Made by a program: the position numbers and the translations under genes. Below, in pieces: positions 17,218 to 26,652 of a stretch of DNA of 64,000 bases. Origin of the DNA: an uncultured Methanocellales archaeon (GTDB taxonomy: Archaea; Halobacteriota; JAWCLZ01); NCBI GenBank assembly GCA_964631075.1, contig CAZVYP010000001.1, positions 26,647-90,646 on the forward strand. The letters are read 5' to 3'. The notes below the pieces were generated by a model. The model was given only the letters and a program-made list of their open reading frames with translations, was not told the DNA's origin and made no database searches. Numbering within the stretch: the first letter of the stretch is position 1; every line of letters begins with the position of its first letter.

Positions 17218-17895
17218 ATGAATCCTAAGAGTAAGTTAATGATCGTGGATGATGAGCGAGATGTTGTTGACTTATTTGAAGGAATGCTTTGCAATGAGTT
17301 TATAGTTATCACGGCATACAGTGGAAGATTGGCACTTAAGAAACTTATGGTGGAGAGACCTGATTTGATTTTGCTTAATATCCTCATGCCCGAGATGAGC
17401 GGTTGGGAGGTGCTGGATAAAATTAAACAAAGCAGGGAACTAAAGAATATCCCGATTATAATGCTAACGGCAGTGAGACCAGACTTCAACATCCTTGAAA
17501 AGGGTATTGATAACTACCTGATAAAACCAGTTGGTCAAAAGCAGCTCATTGACGCAATTCAGGAGACATTAAATGCTAGAAAAAAAATTGAGAAACTTGG
17601 AGAAGTTGCACTTAGTCAGGGGGTTAAAAGAGAGCTTATCGAAGAATACATGGAAAAGGCTCAACTTCTTGACAATAATGAGCGTCTTCTCTCAGTGCTC
17701 AAGCAGATTTATTTCCAGAATGAACCTTCGAGTGAAAAAAACACGGTTGAGTATGATAAAAATATGCTGAGAGAGAAGGAAAAAACGATTCGAATGCAAA
17801 AAGTGCAAATATATAGGCTCATGACTGAAATCAATAAATATGTCAAACCAGAAGAACTCTATTTATTGATGCGGAGCGAGAAGAAAACAGATTAA
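17218..17895 (+). CDS. Response regulator receiver (CheY-like REC) protein with C-terminal coiled-coil region
   Basis: KLMIVDDERDVVDLFEGML ... DLILLNILMPEMSGWEVL ... IPIIMLTA gives the phospho-acceptor Asp context. The C-terminal ~100 aa are Glu/Lys-rich helical, with no DNA-binding domain. Starts 3 nt after the KaiC stop. Confidence 0.8.
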   Translation: MNPKSKLMIVDDERDVVDLFEGMLCNEFIVITAYSGRLALKKLMVERPDLILLNILMPEMSGWEVLDKIKQSRELKNIPIIMLTAVRPDFNILEKGIDNYLIKPVGQKQLIDAIQETLNARKKIEKLGEVALSQGVKRELIEEYMEKAQLLDNNERLLSVLKQIYFQNEPSSEKNTVEYDKNMLREKEKTIRMQKVQIYRLMTEINKYVKPEELYLLMRSEKKTD

Positions 17896-17996
17896 CAAAA
17901 AAGATAGCACATGAAGAGTCAGACTTTTAAAATCAACCGTTTTTCAGATTTTTGAGTAGTAAATATTTTTAAAAAATAAAAAATAGTGATTGGAGT

Positions 17997-19331
17997 TTAT
18001 CGTCGCCTTCGGAACAATGCTAGGCAGGCAAAGGCAACTGCCAAGCTTAGAGCCTCAAATCCGGGTACGCCGGGGATAACTGGTGCTACTCCTTTAATCG
18101 TTATGGTATGTTCTGAGAATTTCTGCACGTAGACTATTATCTGAGCACCACTTGTTCCGCTTGTTATTATATATTTTGAGGTTTCATTTTTTGCTTTTGC
18201 GTTGATCAGGTCCTGAAGGTTGCCTGCCTGTGGAATTTCTTTGCCGTCTAATAAGATTTTATATCCACCTGCGAGGTCTGTGTAGATCGAAGGGGTTGTT
18301 TCAAGTACTTCTTTGTCTATGTTGAATACTATGAATTTGCCATCTGGAATGCCAGATTTCACTGATACGTTTATTGTCTTGTTTACGGTGTCCATCTTTG
18401 TTATGTTGAGCTCCACCTCTTTATAGATCACGACATCAAAGGATTTCCTGCCCTTGACGTGCAGTTCTCCACCCACGTGTCCTTTTTCAATTTCACTTTC
18501 TAACTTGGCGAGATTGTCGCGATCTCCATAGTTGCCTGCTGGCTTTGCCCTGAACATCAGCTTTCCATGCTCAAGTTTCACCGTGATTATATTGCCGCTT
18601 ACGCCGATGCTGTCGGCACCTTTGCTTGCACCCGCTATCATAAGTATGCCTTCAAATCCGCTGGTATTGAGCTTCACCGTTGTATCGCTTGTTCGATTTA
18701 TGCGAACACCGCCATTTACGGTAAGAGTGAGCGTTGCCTTGGGCGCTTCGATTTTCAGCAAACCGGTTGGATTATCATGGATGTCTATTTTCACATCCTT
18801 TTCTCCCTCTATTTTGACCACGGCGCCTTCGACAAGGCGTTTCTTTACCTCGCTGAAGATGTTTATATCTATTGAAGTAAACACAGTGGTATTGTTGAAA
18901 GAGTATTTGCTTATTTTCATGACAGAGTCATTGAAGGTGAATGAGACAAACATTCCAGTTAAATCATCGCCGGAGGTGCTGAACTTCAAATATTCTTCAT
19001 TTTTTTTCTCAGAACTCACAATGGCACCGGTACTGGCATCGACCAGAATTTCGAGCAAATGAGTTGGGCTCTCCAGTTTTATTTTCCAGACCAGCACTCC
19101 ATGCTCCTGCTTTAATTCGCTCATTTTAACAATGAAGGACTCCTTATATGTTGCCTTGGCATTTTCAATAGCAATCATATTGGCCTTTGTTTGATTAATT
19201 GCCGCAGCTAAGGCTTTGGTAGCACCAGGCTGAGGCGTTTTTTCAGTTTTCTCCGTTTTTTCGGACGCTAATGCAATTCCCATAGATGTTACCAGCATTG
19301 CCAGTATCAAAATTGTTAGTAATTTCTTCAT
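17997..19331 (-). CDS. Secreted cell-surface protein with PGF-CTERM archaeosortase sorting signal
   Basis: N-terminal signal peptide MKKLLTILILAMLVTSMGIALA. The C-terminus ...PGVPGFEALSLAVAFACLALFRRRR has the PGF motif, a TM helix and a basic tail. An (EKT)3 repeat sits near the N-terminus. Confidence 0.7.
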   Translation of the reverse strand: MKKLLTILILAMLVTSMGIALASEKTEKTEKTPQPGATKALAAAINQTKANMIAIENAKATYKESFIVKMSELKQEHGVLVWKIKLESPTHLLEILVDASTGAIVSSEKKNEEYLKFSTSGDDLTGMFVSFTFNDSVMKISKYSFNNTTVFTSIDINIFSEVKKRLVEGAVVKIEGEKDVKIDIHDNPTGLLKIEAPKATLTLTVNGGVRINRTSDTTVKLNTSGFEGILMIAGASKGADSIGVSGNIITVKLEHGKLMFRAKPAGNYGDRDNLAKLESEIEKGHVGGELHVKGRKSFDVVIYKEVELNITKMDTVNKTINVSVKSGIPDGKFIVFNIDKEVLETTPSIYTDLAGGYKILLDGKEIPQAGNLQDLINAKAKNETSKYIITSGTSGAQIIVYVQKFSEHTITIKGVAPVIPGVPGFEALSLAVAFACLALFRRRR

Positions 19332-19504
19332 CGCTTTTTTCCCTCCTCTTCATCACTTGGAAGAGTTTTCAATTTGTTGAAACAGGATAAACAATATCCA
19401 GTTATGCTTTGGGTATCGATGGCTTTCTCAGCTTCTCTTAAATCCTTTTTGATTTTATTCCACATCTCGCCAGTTTTTAGCTCTTCGAATTCCATCCTTT
19501 TGTT

Positions 19505-20479
19505 TCAGAGTTGCCCTGCCCATGCCAGTACATTTGCCAGCCTTAACAGGCTTTTATCCAGAAGCTTTTCATTTTCAGCCGAGCGCCTGAGTTCTATGCT
19601 TGTTACCCTGCCGTTTTGTAATCCAGTTATTCTGTTTCCTTTACCCTGCGAAAGCAGCTCTACAGCTTTGCTGGCGAATAAGCTGGCTAATAGCCTGCTT
19701 CTCGCTGAAGGACTACCTCCTCTCTGGGCATAGCCCAAAATGCTGAGTCGGGCCTCTGTGCCTGTGCTGGCCTCTATCTCAGCCGCGAGTTCGCGAGTAT
19801 CTCCGATTCCTTCCGCGGCAACTATTATGCCCGACTTCTTCCCCCTGGCCTGGATTTTCTTTATAGTTTTGTAGATCTCTGCTTTTTCGTATTTCTCTTC
19901 GGGAACGAGGATTATTTCAGCTCCAACAGTTATACCCACGGTCAGCGCGAGGAAGCCTCTTGTTCGGCCCATGACTTCAACTATGAAGATTCGTTCAAGG
20001 GATATTGCTGTGTCCCGTATCCTGTCAATCTGGCTGACTGCCGTATTCACTGCTGTGTCGAAGCCTATTGTTTCTTCTGTTCCATAAACATCGTTATCGA
20101 TTGTCGCTGGTATTCCTGCAATTAATGTGTCGGTTGCTTTGCTGAGTTCCAGAGCTCCTTTGAAGGCGCCGTCGCCGCCTATTACGATGAGCCCATCGAT
20201 GTCGTTTGAGTCAAGTGTTTCAGCGGCTTTTTCAATTCCCTCTTTCTTTTTAAACTCGGGACATCGACAGGTATGCAGAATTGTGCCGCCAAGCTGTATT
20301 ATTCCCCCAACTGAGCGGGGAGTAAGAGGTCTGAACTTGTTGGTTAGCAGTCCCTCCCAGCCTCTTTCAAATCCTAATACACGGAGCTTTTTTGAATGGG
20401 CAATGCGCACTGCGGCTCGAATGGCAGCGTTCATTCCAGGGGAGTCTCCACCGCTTGTTACTATCCCTATTGTTTTCAA
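19505..20479 (-). CDS. pfkA: 6-phosphofructokinase, PfkA family
   Basis: MKTIGIVTSGGDSPGMNAAIRAAV ... IVIGGDGAFKGA ... GIPATIDNDV are PFK-A family motifs. GGDGA suggests an ATP-type enzyme, but the second specificity position is Ala, so the phosphoryl donor is not certain. Confidence 0.8.
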   Translation of the reverse strand: MKTIGIVTSGGDSPGMNAAIRAAVRIAHSKKLRVLGFERGWEGLLTNKFRPLTPRSVGGIIQLGGTILHTCRCPEFKKKEGIEKAAETLDSNDIDGLIVIGGDGAFKGALELSKATDTLIAGIPATIDNDVYGTEETIGFDTAVNTAVSQIDRIRDTAISLERIFIVEVMGRTRGFLALTVGITVGAEIILVPEEKYEKAEIYKTIKKIQARGKKSGIIVAAEGIGDTRELAAEIEASTGTEARLSILGYAQRGGSPSARSRLLASLFASKAVELLSQGKGNRITGLQNGRVTSIELRRSAENEKLLDKSLLRLANVLAWAGQL

Positions 20480-20552
20480 TTATTACTCCTCACCGTATCA
20501 CGTTTTTTAAAACAAAAGAATATTGCCCTTTCAATTTATATTAATTGTCCCG

Positions 20553-21197
20553 CTACTTCTCAGGTCTCAGCACTGACGATATTGTGGAGAAGGCGCTTTT
20601 CACTACAAGGTATGTGCCTCCAATAACGATCACCGCCGGTGCTGTCAGCCCAAGAGTTGCCGCGCTAATTCCAGCGGAAACCAGAATAGCCGTGTCGTGC
20701 CGGGTCAGAAATGCCGCCAGTTTCTTCATTGTTGAGGGACTGACGTCTATTGCGTCTGTCTCAAGCATAACATTGCCTTTTTGAAAAACCTTTACCCAGC
20801 CGCTTTCCTCCGAGACCAGCACTGCAGTTATATTTTCATTTTGCTCCGTGATGCCCTTTGCTGCTGCATGTCTGGTACCAAACCCATGGAAGGTTGAACT
20901 CTTCAGAATCCTCGCGCCATATGCAATTATTTCTCCACCGGGAGTCAGATAAACGGCGCCATCGATAGAAGCAAGTTTTTCCAGCACAACATCCATGCCT
21001 TTTGTTAGCAGAGAGCCGGCAAGGGTAATTTGTGGATACTGACATTCATATGTGCCCTGCACATTCTCTCTTGGGGCTATTACGAAGAGAGCTCCCTTTT
21101 TGTCTTTAGCAAGCTTCTTGGCAAGGGCGAGAACTCTTTGCATTACCTCTTCTATATCAGTTTCTTCTTGAGTTTTTGCTGCTGCGTTTTGTTCCAT
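20553..21197 (-). CDS. dacZ: Diadenylate cyclase (DAC/DisA_N domain), DacZ-like c-di-AMP synthase
   Basis: DAC signature DGAVYL ... and GTRHAAAKGITE (the DGA and RHR motifs of DisA_N). C-terminal hydrophobic segment. Confidence 0.65.
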   Translation of the reverse strand: MEQNAAAKTQEETDIEEVMQRVLALAKKLAKDKKGALFVIAPRENVQGTYECQYPQITLAGSLLTKGMDVVLEKLASIDGAVYLTPGGEIIAYGARILKSSTFHGFGTRHAAAKGITEQNENITAVLVSEESGWVKVFQKGNVMLETDAIDVSPSTMKKLAAFLTRHDTAILVSAGISAATLGLTAPAVIVIGGTYLVVKSAFSTISSVLRPEK

Positions 21198-21232
21198 TGC
21201 ATTTTATGAATAGCATTTCATCTCATAAAAAT

Positions 21233-22501
21233 TTATTCTATCCAGAACTCATCGCCATTTTTTGGAGCAATTGCTTCAACATCGAAGTTTTCCTCTATCC
21301 ATGAGGCAAAATTCGGTGCGCTATCGCTGTGAACGATGAATATCTTTTCCACTCCTCGCTCAATAAATTTTTTTACCCATCGTTTAAGCTCGGCATCACC
21401 GCAGTGAGATGAGAAATCGAAGTACTCCACCGGCATTTTGAGCTCAACAATGGCACCTTTCAGGTCTATTCTCCCATGCTCGAGCGCTGCCCTGCCATTG
21501 GTGTCTTCCGCCTGGTAGCCTGTTAACAGGAGGCTGTTTTTTTGATTGCCGAAAAGTTTTGAGAGATAGTGAAGCACCGGTCCTCCATTTAGCATTCCTG
21601 CTGTTGTCACGATTATGGCTGGAGAACTCAGTAAATCAGAGCGATTTTCCGGTTTAACTGGAACTGCATTGTCAAATGCAAGCTTAAATTTCTCCGGTTC
21701 TTTCAAGTGTTCCAGATGGTTTAGCAGATATTCGCACACTTCTCTGCCCATTCCATCGAGATATGGGGTTAAGCCGTAGCTATGCAGGAGCATCAAAATT
21801 TCCTGGGTTCTGCCTATTGCAAAGCATGGAACTAATGCGAGGCCGCCTTGTTCTAAAGTTTGCCTTATTCTTTCTATGAACTGTTTTTCAAGCAAATCTC
21901 TAGGCGGGTGATCTCTGCTGAAGTAAGTCCCCTCGATCATCAAAATGTCTGCTTCTGGAATATCTTCGTCGCATCCACTTAGCAGTCTTGTTTCACGGGT
22001 GTTAAAGTCGCTGGTGTAAAAAATTTTCTTCTCCCCCTCCAAAAATATACTTGCACTTCCAGGTATATGTCCGGCGTCGTAAAGCGAGGCTGTAAAGCCG
22101 TTTACTTCAAAAGCATCTCTGTATTTCGTTATTTTTGTTCTCTCTCTAACCTGCTGTATGTCCCTGCTTTCATAAGGCGCCAGAGAGTGCTTTCTCTCGG
22201 TGATTTCAAGCATATCCTGAGCGAGGAGAATGGAAAAATCTCTGGAGAGCGAGGTCATGTATACCGAGGGGTTTAAATCCATGATATTCGGCAGCAAGCC
22301 ACAGTGATCCAGGTGACCGTGGGATATAATAATATCAGTTGGCCTCAAGCCGTTCATTGGATACTGCACTGGCTCGGTTGGCTTTAATCCATAGTCAAGC
22401 AAAACATCGTTTATCAAAATCGCTGATCTCCCGATTTCCATGCACCCTCCTAAAAAGCGAATTTTTAGAGCCATCGAAAGGATTATAACCAATACCTGCA
22501 T
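21233..22501 (-). CDS. Metallo-beta-lactamase-fold beta-CASP ribonuclease (aCPSF2-like)
   Basis: IISHGHLDHCG motif (HxHxDH), ~420 aa, the size of archaeal KH-less beta-CASP RNases. Confidence 0.65.
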   Translation of the reverse strand: MQVLVIILSMALKIRFLGGCMEIGRSAILINDVLLDYGLKPTEPVQYPMNGLRPTDIIISHGHLDHCGLLPNIMDLNPSVYMTSLSRDFSILLAQDMLEITERKHSLAPYESRDIQQVRERTKITKYRDAFEVNGFTASLYDAGHIPGSASIFLEGEKKIFYTSDFNTRETRLLSGCDEDIPEADILMIEGTYFSRDHPPRDLLEKQFIERIRQTLEQGGLALVPCFAIGRTQEILMLLHSYGLTPYLDGMGREVCEYLLNHLEHLKEPEKFKLAFDNAVPVKPENRSDLLSSPAIIVTTAGMLNGGPVLHYLSKLFGNQKNSLLLTGYQAEDTNGRAALEHGRIDLKGAIVELKMPVEYFDFSSHCGDAELKRWVKKFIERGVEKIFIVHSDSAPNFASWIEENFDVEAIAPKNGDEFWIE

Positions 22502-22678
22502 ATAATAATTGCTTTACGAGAGAAAGCTATATATGCGATGAGTGCATTCGGCATGCGATGCCATTGAGAGGTTAACTTCTATTGAAAGGTGAGCCTTTGT
22601 TTGGGGATAAGTACAGTACAAAAAGAGCATTTTGCATCTTAGTTGAGAATCTGCTTGCTGAAATTGTAATCAGAAGGA

Positions 22679-22794
22679 GGGCTCGTAGCTCAGTTAGGCA
22701 GAGCATCTGGCTTTTATTCTCTGGACCATCGCGAGTAGCGAGTGGAAGCCTAGAAGATACCAGGTGGCCGGGGGTTCAAATCCCCCCGAGCCCG
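22679..22794 (+). tRNA. tRNA-Lys (anticodon TTT) with ~42-nt intron
   Basis: Acceptor GGGCUCG/CGAGCCC, D-arm GCUC-AGUUAGGCA-GAGC, anticodon stem UCUGG/CCAGG. Mature loop CUUUUAA is obtained by removing 42 nt after position 37. T-arm GGGGG-UUCAAAU-CCCCC, discriminator G. Confidence 0.6.
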
Positions 22795-22813
22795 TTTTAA
22801 TGGAGGGGAAAAA

Positions 22814-23056
22814 TTGGCCAAGAAGTTTAGCGTGCTCGACCACGAATATGTTCCTAAACATGAAATATTAAGTGAGAAAGAGATTGATGAGATTTTGAAG
22901 AGATATCAATGTGAAAAGGGTCAGCTCCCCCTTATTCGAACGAGTGATCCTGCCGTGAAGGAGATAGGAGCCAAAAGTGGAGATGTGATAAAGATAACAA
23001 GAAAAAGCCTGACTGCAGGCAAAGCGATTGCTTATCGCTATGTGGTTGAGGCATAG
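22814..23056 (+). CDS. rpoH: DNA-directed RNA polymerase subunit H (Rpo5)
   Basis: 80-aa protein with the typical RpoH sequence ([22 protein letters not shown]...) at the head of the rpo operon. Confidence 0.9.
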   Translation: MAKKFSVLDHEYVPKHEILSEKEIDEILKRYQCEKGQLPLIRTSDPAVKEIGAKSGDVIKITRKSLTAGKAIAYRYVVEA

Positions 23057-23066
23057 AGGTGTAATA

Positions 23067-26000
23067 ATGCTGAATAGAAGGATTCTGGCAGAATCATACT
23101 TCACCAGAGCTAAGATTTCCCAGCACCACGTTGATTCATTCAATGCCTTCATCGACTATGGCTTGCAGAAGGTAATTGACGAGCAGGAGAAAATTGGCAC
23201 AGATATAGCCGAAGATAATATTGCTGGCATTGATGAGGGAGTACACATAAAGCTTGGCAAAATAAGCGTTGGCAAGCCTGTTGTCAGAGAGGCAGACGGC
23301 TCAGTTGAGCCGCTTTATCCCTCTGAAGCAAGGCTCAGAAACATCACTTATGCTGCGCCGATTTATTTGCAGATGAGCATAGTTCGCGGCAACAGCGAGA
23401 CCGAGCCCCAGGATGTTGAAATTGGAATGCTCCCAATAATGGTCTATTCGAGAGTGTGCAATCTATCTGGTTTATCCGCGCAGGAATTGACAGAGCAGGG
23501 CGAAGACCCCATGGATCCCGGCGGCTATTTTATTATCAACGGCACCGAGCGCGTGGTAATGAGCTTGGAAGACCTCGCGCCCAACAAGATTCTGGTGGAG
23601 TACAACGAGCGCTACGGGGAGAAAATTGAGGTGGCGAAGGTGTTTTCGCAAAGGCGAGGCTATAGAGCGCTTGTAATAGTCGAGCGCGGCAGAAATTCTA
23701 TTCTTGAGGTTTCATTCCCTTCCATTGCAGGCAGAATTAATTTCATCACCCTCGTTCGCGCTCTGGGTCTTGAGAGCGACAAGGACATTGTCGGAGCGGT
23801 CAGCGATGACCCCGAGATAGTGAAGTTCATGCTTGAGAACATAGAAGAAGCTGAAGTCGAAACTGCTGAGGAGGCGCTGGATAAGATCGGGAAGCTCGTG
23901 GCGACCGGTCAGGCAAGGGAGTACCAGAAGAAGCGGGCAAATTATATTCTGGATCGCTATCTGCTACCGCATCTCGGCAATGACGAGTCAAGCCGGCTCG
24001 CAAAAGGCCATTACCTGGGAAGAATGGCTGAAGCGTGCTTCGAGCTTGCACTTGGAAGGAGAGGAGAGGATGACAAGGATCACTATTCCAACAAGCGCAT
24101 CAAACTAGCGGGCGATCTGATGGAGGACCTGTTCAGAGTTTCCTTCAACCGCCTGACACAAGATATTAAGTACCAGCTTGAGAGAGCTAGCATGCGCAAC
24201 AGAGAGCTAAACGTACTCACCGCAGTCAGAGCGGATGTCTTGACCGAGAGGCTTACCCATCCCCTCGCAACCGGCAACTGGGTTGGCGGCAGGACAGGTG
24301 TCTCTCAGCTTCTCGACAGGATAGATCATATGGCCATGCTTTCGCATCTGCGAAGGGTAATTTCACCGCTATCAAGGGCTCAGCCGCATTTCGAGGCACG
24401 AGACCTGCATCCCACTCAGTGGGGCAGAATATGCCCGGCTGAAACTCCTGAAGGTCCCAATTGCGGGCTTGTGAAGAACTTCGCCCAGCTCGTAGAACTC
24501 TCAACAGGGCTTGAGAACCAGGAAGAGATCAAAGCTGTTCTAAATCTGCTTGGAGTGCAGCCTATCGGCAAGGAACACGGAAGTAAGTATAAGGAAGAGG
24601 ATTCAAAAGGAGAGTATTTGTTTAGCTTAAAACTGGATTATGAGCAGCATCTGCAAGACGGTCCCGTCAGCCTTGCCATTAAAACTGCTTTTGAAAGTAA
24701 TAAATCACCCCTGACAGCTAGCGCTCAGATATCTCAAAAAGGTGCAAAGAACTGGATAATAAATGATGGAAATAAAAGATATTTAGTCGAAGATGCTAGC
24801 ACTCAACTAAACATATATGAGATAGGCAAAGCAAGGGTTTTTGTAAATGGCGCGCTTGTTGGCTATCACGACAAGCCCAGAGAGCTAACGAGAGAGCTCA
24901 GGGGCAAGCGGAGGAGCGGAGCTCTGCCTATTCAGGTTAATGTGGCATTCTTTGAGCGGACGAAAGAAGTTGTGATAAACTCTGACAGCGGGAGAGCCAG
25001 AAGACCTCTCATTGTTGTCGAGAACGGCAAGACCAAGGTTATAGACATCGATCTTGAGCGCCTGATGAAAAAAGAAATTACTTTTGAAGATATTGTCAGA
25101 CAGGGGTTAATAGAATATCTTGATCCCGATGAAGAGGAGAATGCCTTTATCGCAGTTAGGGAAGAGGATATAAAGCAGGAGCATACTCATCTTGAGATCG
25201 ACCCCTCGCTGGTGCTTGGCATCTGCGCTGGAATGGTGCCTTATCCCGAGCATAATGCTTCACCCAGAAATACGATGGGTGCCGGAATGATCAAGCAATC
25301 GCTTGGAATGAGCACCGCTAACTGGAGGCTCAGACCTGATACTCGATCGCACATGCTGCACTATCCACAGCTTGCGATTGTGAGAACTCAAACCAATGAT
25401 GCAATAAAGTTTGATTCAAGACCTGCGGGGCAGAATTTCGCAGTTGCTGTGCTATCGTATGAAGGTTATAACATTGAAGATGCCCTGGTGATAAACAGAG
25501 GCTCTATTGAGCGCGGGCTTGGAAGAAGCCACTTCTTCAGGACCTACGAGGGTGAGGAGAGACGCTACCCTGGCGGCCAGGAAGACTTGTTCGAAGTACC
25601 GGACGCAGAAGTCAGAGGCGCCAGGGGCGCGGAGGCTTATGCCTATCTGGATGAAGATGGTCTGGTTAATCCTGAAACAGATGTCGGGCCGAACGATGTG
25701 CTTATCGGCAAGACGAGTCCACCCCGCTTCCTTGAAGAGCCGACTGACCTCGGAGGTATTACACCACAGGGTAGAAGGGAGACCTCGGTTACAATGCGCT
25801 CCAATGAGAAGGGTATCGTTGATACTGTGATTTTGACGGAAGGAGAGAACGGATCGAGACTTGTGAAAGTGCGCACGAGGGATCAGAGAATACCCGAGCT
25901 TGGAGACAAATTTGCCTCCCGTCACGGGCAGAAAGGGGTTGTTGGACTTATCGCATCGCAGGAGGATTTACCGTTCACGGAGCAGGGCATTGTTCCGGAT

Positions 26001-26639
26001 CTTGTGATTAACCCCCATGCAATTCCATCACGCATGACAGTCGGACACGTGCTTGAGATGATAGGTGGCAAGGTTGGCGTATTTGAAGGTAGAAGAATAG
26101 ATGCAACTGCCTTCTCTGCGGAGAAGGAAGAGGATATGAGAAGGGCTCTGATGAAATTTGGCTTCTCTCATACAGGCAGAGAGATAATGTATGACGGTGT
26201 TACCGGTGAGAGAATTGAGGCAGATATTTTCGTTGGAGTGATCTATTATCAGAAGCTGTATCACATGGTCGCAAGTAAACTGCACGCGAGGTCACGAGGA
26301 CCTGTCCAGGTTCTTACCAGACAGCCTACCGAGGGCAGAGCACGTGAAGGTGGTTTGAGATTTGGAGAGATGGAGAGAGATGTGCTTGTCGGGCATGGTG
26401 CAGCTCTGGCTTTAAAGGAAAGATTGCTTGACGAAAGCGATAAGGTGGTGGAGCTTATCTGCAACCACTGCGGCATGGTGGCAACTCACGATAAAAGAAG
26501 GAATTTCACCTACTGCCCGAGCTGTGGCGCAGAAACAGATATATACCCGGTTGAGATGAGCTATGCCTTCAAGCTCCTTCTGGATGAGATGAAGGCACTC
26601 GGAATTGCTCCACGATTAGAACTTACAGATGCGGTGTAG
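23067..26639 (+). CDS. rpoB: DNA-directed RNA polymerase subunit B, unsplit (B''+B' in one ORF)
   Basis: One continuous frame spans B''-type N-terminal motifs through B'-type C-terminal motifs ([27 protein letters not shown]-terminal CxxC...CxxC zinc ribbon). Start placed at ATG 23067 (MLNRRIL) after a GAGGTG RBS, not at the ORF-track start 23028. Confidence 0.9.
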   Translation: MLNRRILAESYFTRAKISQHHVDSFNAFIDYGLQKVIDEQEKIGTDIAEDNIAGIDEGVHIKLGKISVGKPVVREADGSVEPLYPSEARLRNITYAAPIYLQMSIVRGNSETEPQDVEIGMLPIMVYSRVCNLSGLSAQELTEQGEDPMDPGGYFIINGTERVVMSLEDLAPNKILVEYNERYGEKIEVAKVFSQRRGYRALVIVERGRNSILEVSFPSIAGRINFITLVRALGLESDKDIVGAVSDDPEIVKFMLENIEEAEVETAEEALDKIGKLVATGQAREYQKKRANYILDRYLLPHLGNDESSRLAKGHYLGRMAEACFELALGRRGEDDKDHYSNKRIKLAGDLMEDLFRVSFNRLTQDIKYQLERASMRNRELNVLTAVRADVLTERLTHPLATGNWVGGRTGVSQLLDRIDHMAMLSHLRRVISPLSRAQPHFEARDLHPTQWGRICPAETPEGPNCGLVKNFAQLVELSTGLENQEEIKAVLNLLGVQPIGKEHGSKYKEEDSKGEYLFSLKLDYEQHLQDGPVSLAIKTAFESNKSPLTASAQISQKGAKNWIINDGNKRYLVEDASTQLNIYEIGKARVFVNGALVGYHDKPRELTRELRGKRRSGALPIQVNVAFFERTKEVVINSDSGRARRPLIVVENGKTKVIDIDLERLMKKEITFEDIVRQGLIEYLDPDEEENAFIAVREEDIKQEHTHLEIDPSLVLGICAGMVPYPEHNASPRNTMGAGMIKQSLGMSTANWRLRPDTRSHMLHYPQLAIVRTQTNDAIKFDSRPAGQNFAVAVLSYEGYNIEDALVINRGSIERGLGRSHFFRTYEGEERRYPGGQEDLFEVPDAEVRGARGAEAYAYLDEDGLVNPETDVGPNDVLIGKTSPPRFLEEPTDLGGITPQGRRETSVTMRSNEKGIVDTVILTEGENGSRLVKVRTRDQRIPELGDKFASRHGQKGVVGLIASQEDLPFTEQGIVPDLVINPHAIPSRMTVGHVLEMIGGKVGVFEGRRIDATAFSAEKEEDMRRALMKFGFSHTGREIMYDGVTGERIEADIFVGVIYYQKLYHMVASKLHARSRGPVQVLTRQPTEGRAREGGLRFGEMERDVLVGHGAALALKERLLDESDKVVELICNHCGMVATHDKRRNFTYCPSCGAETDIYPVEMSYAFKLLLDEMKALGIAPRLELTDAV

Positions 26640-26652
26640 GGAGGTTTTTCAA

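Noticed and set aside
18532-19062. 176-aa plus-strand ORF antisense to the PGF-CTERM surface protein gene
   Set aside because: Ser/Thr/Leu-rich mirror ORF. The opposite-strand gene has a signal peptide and a sorting signal.
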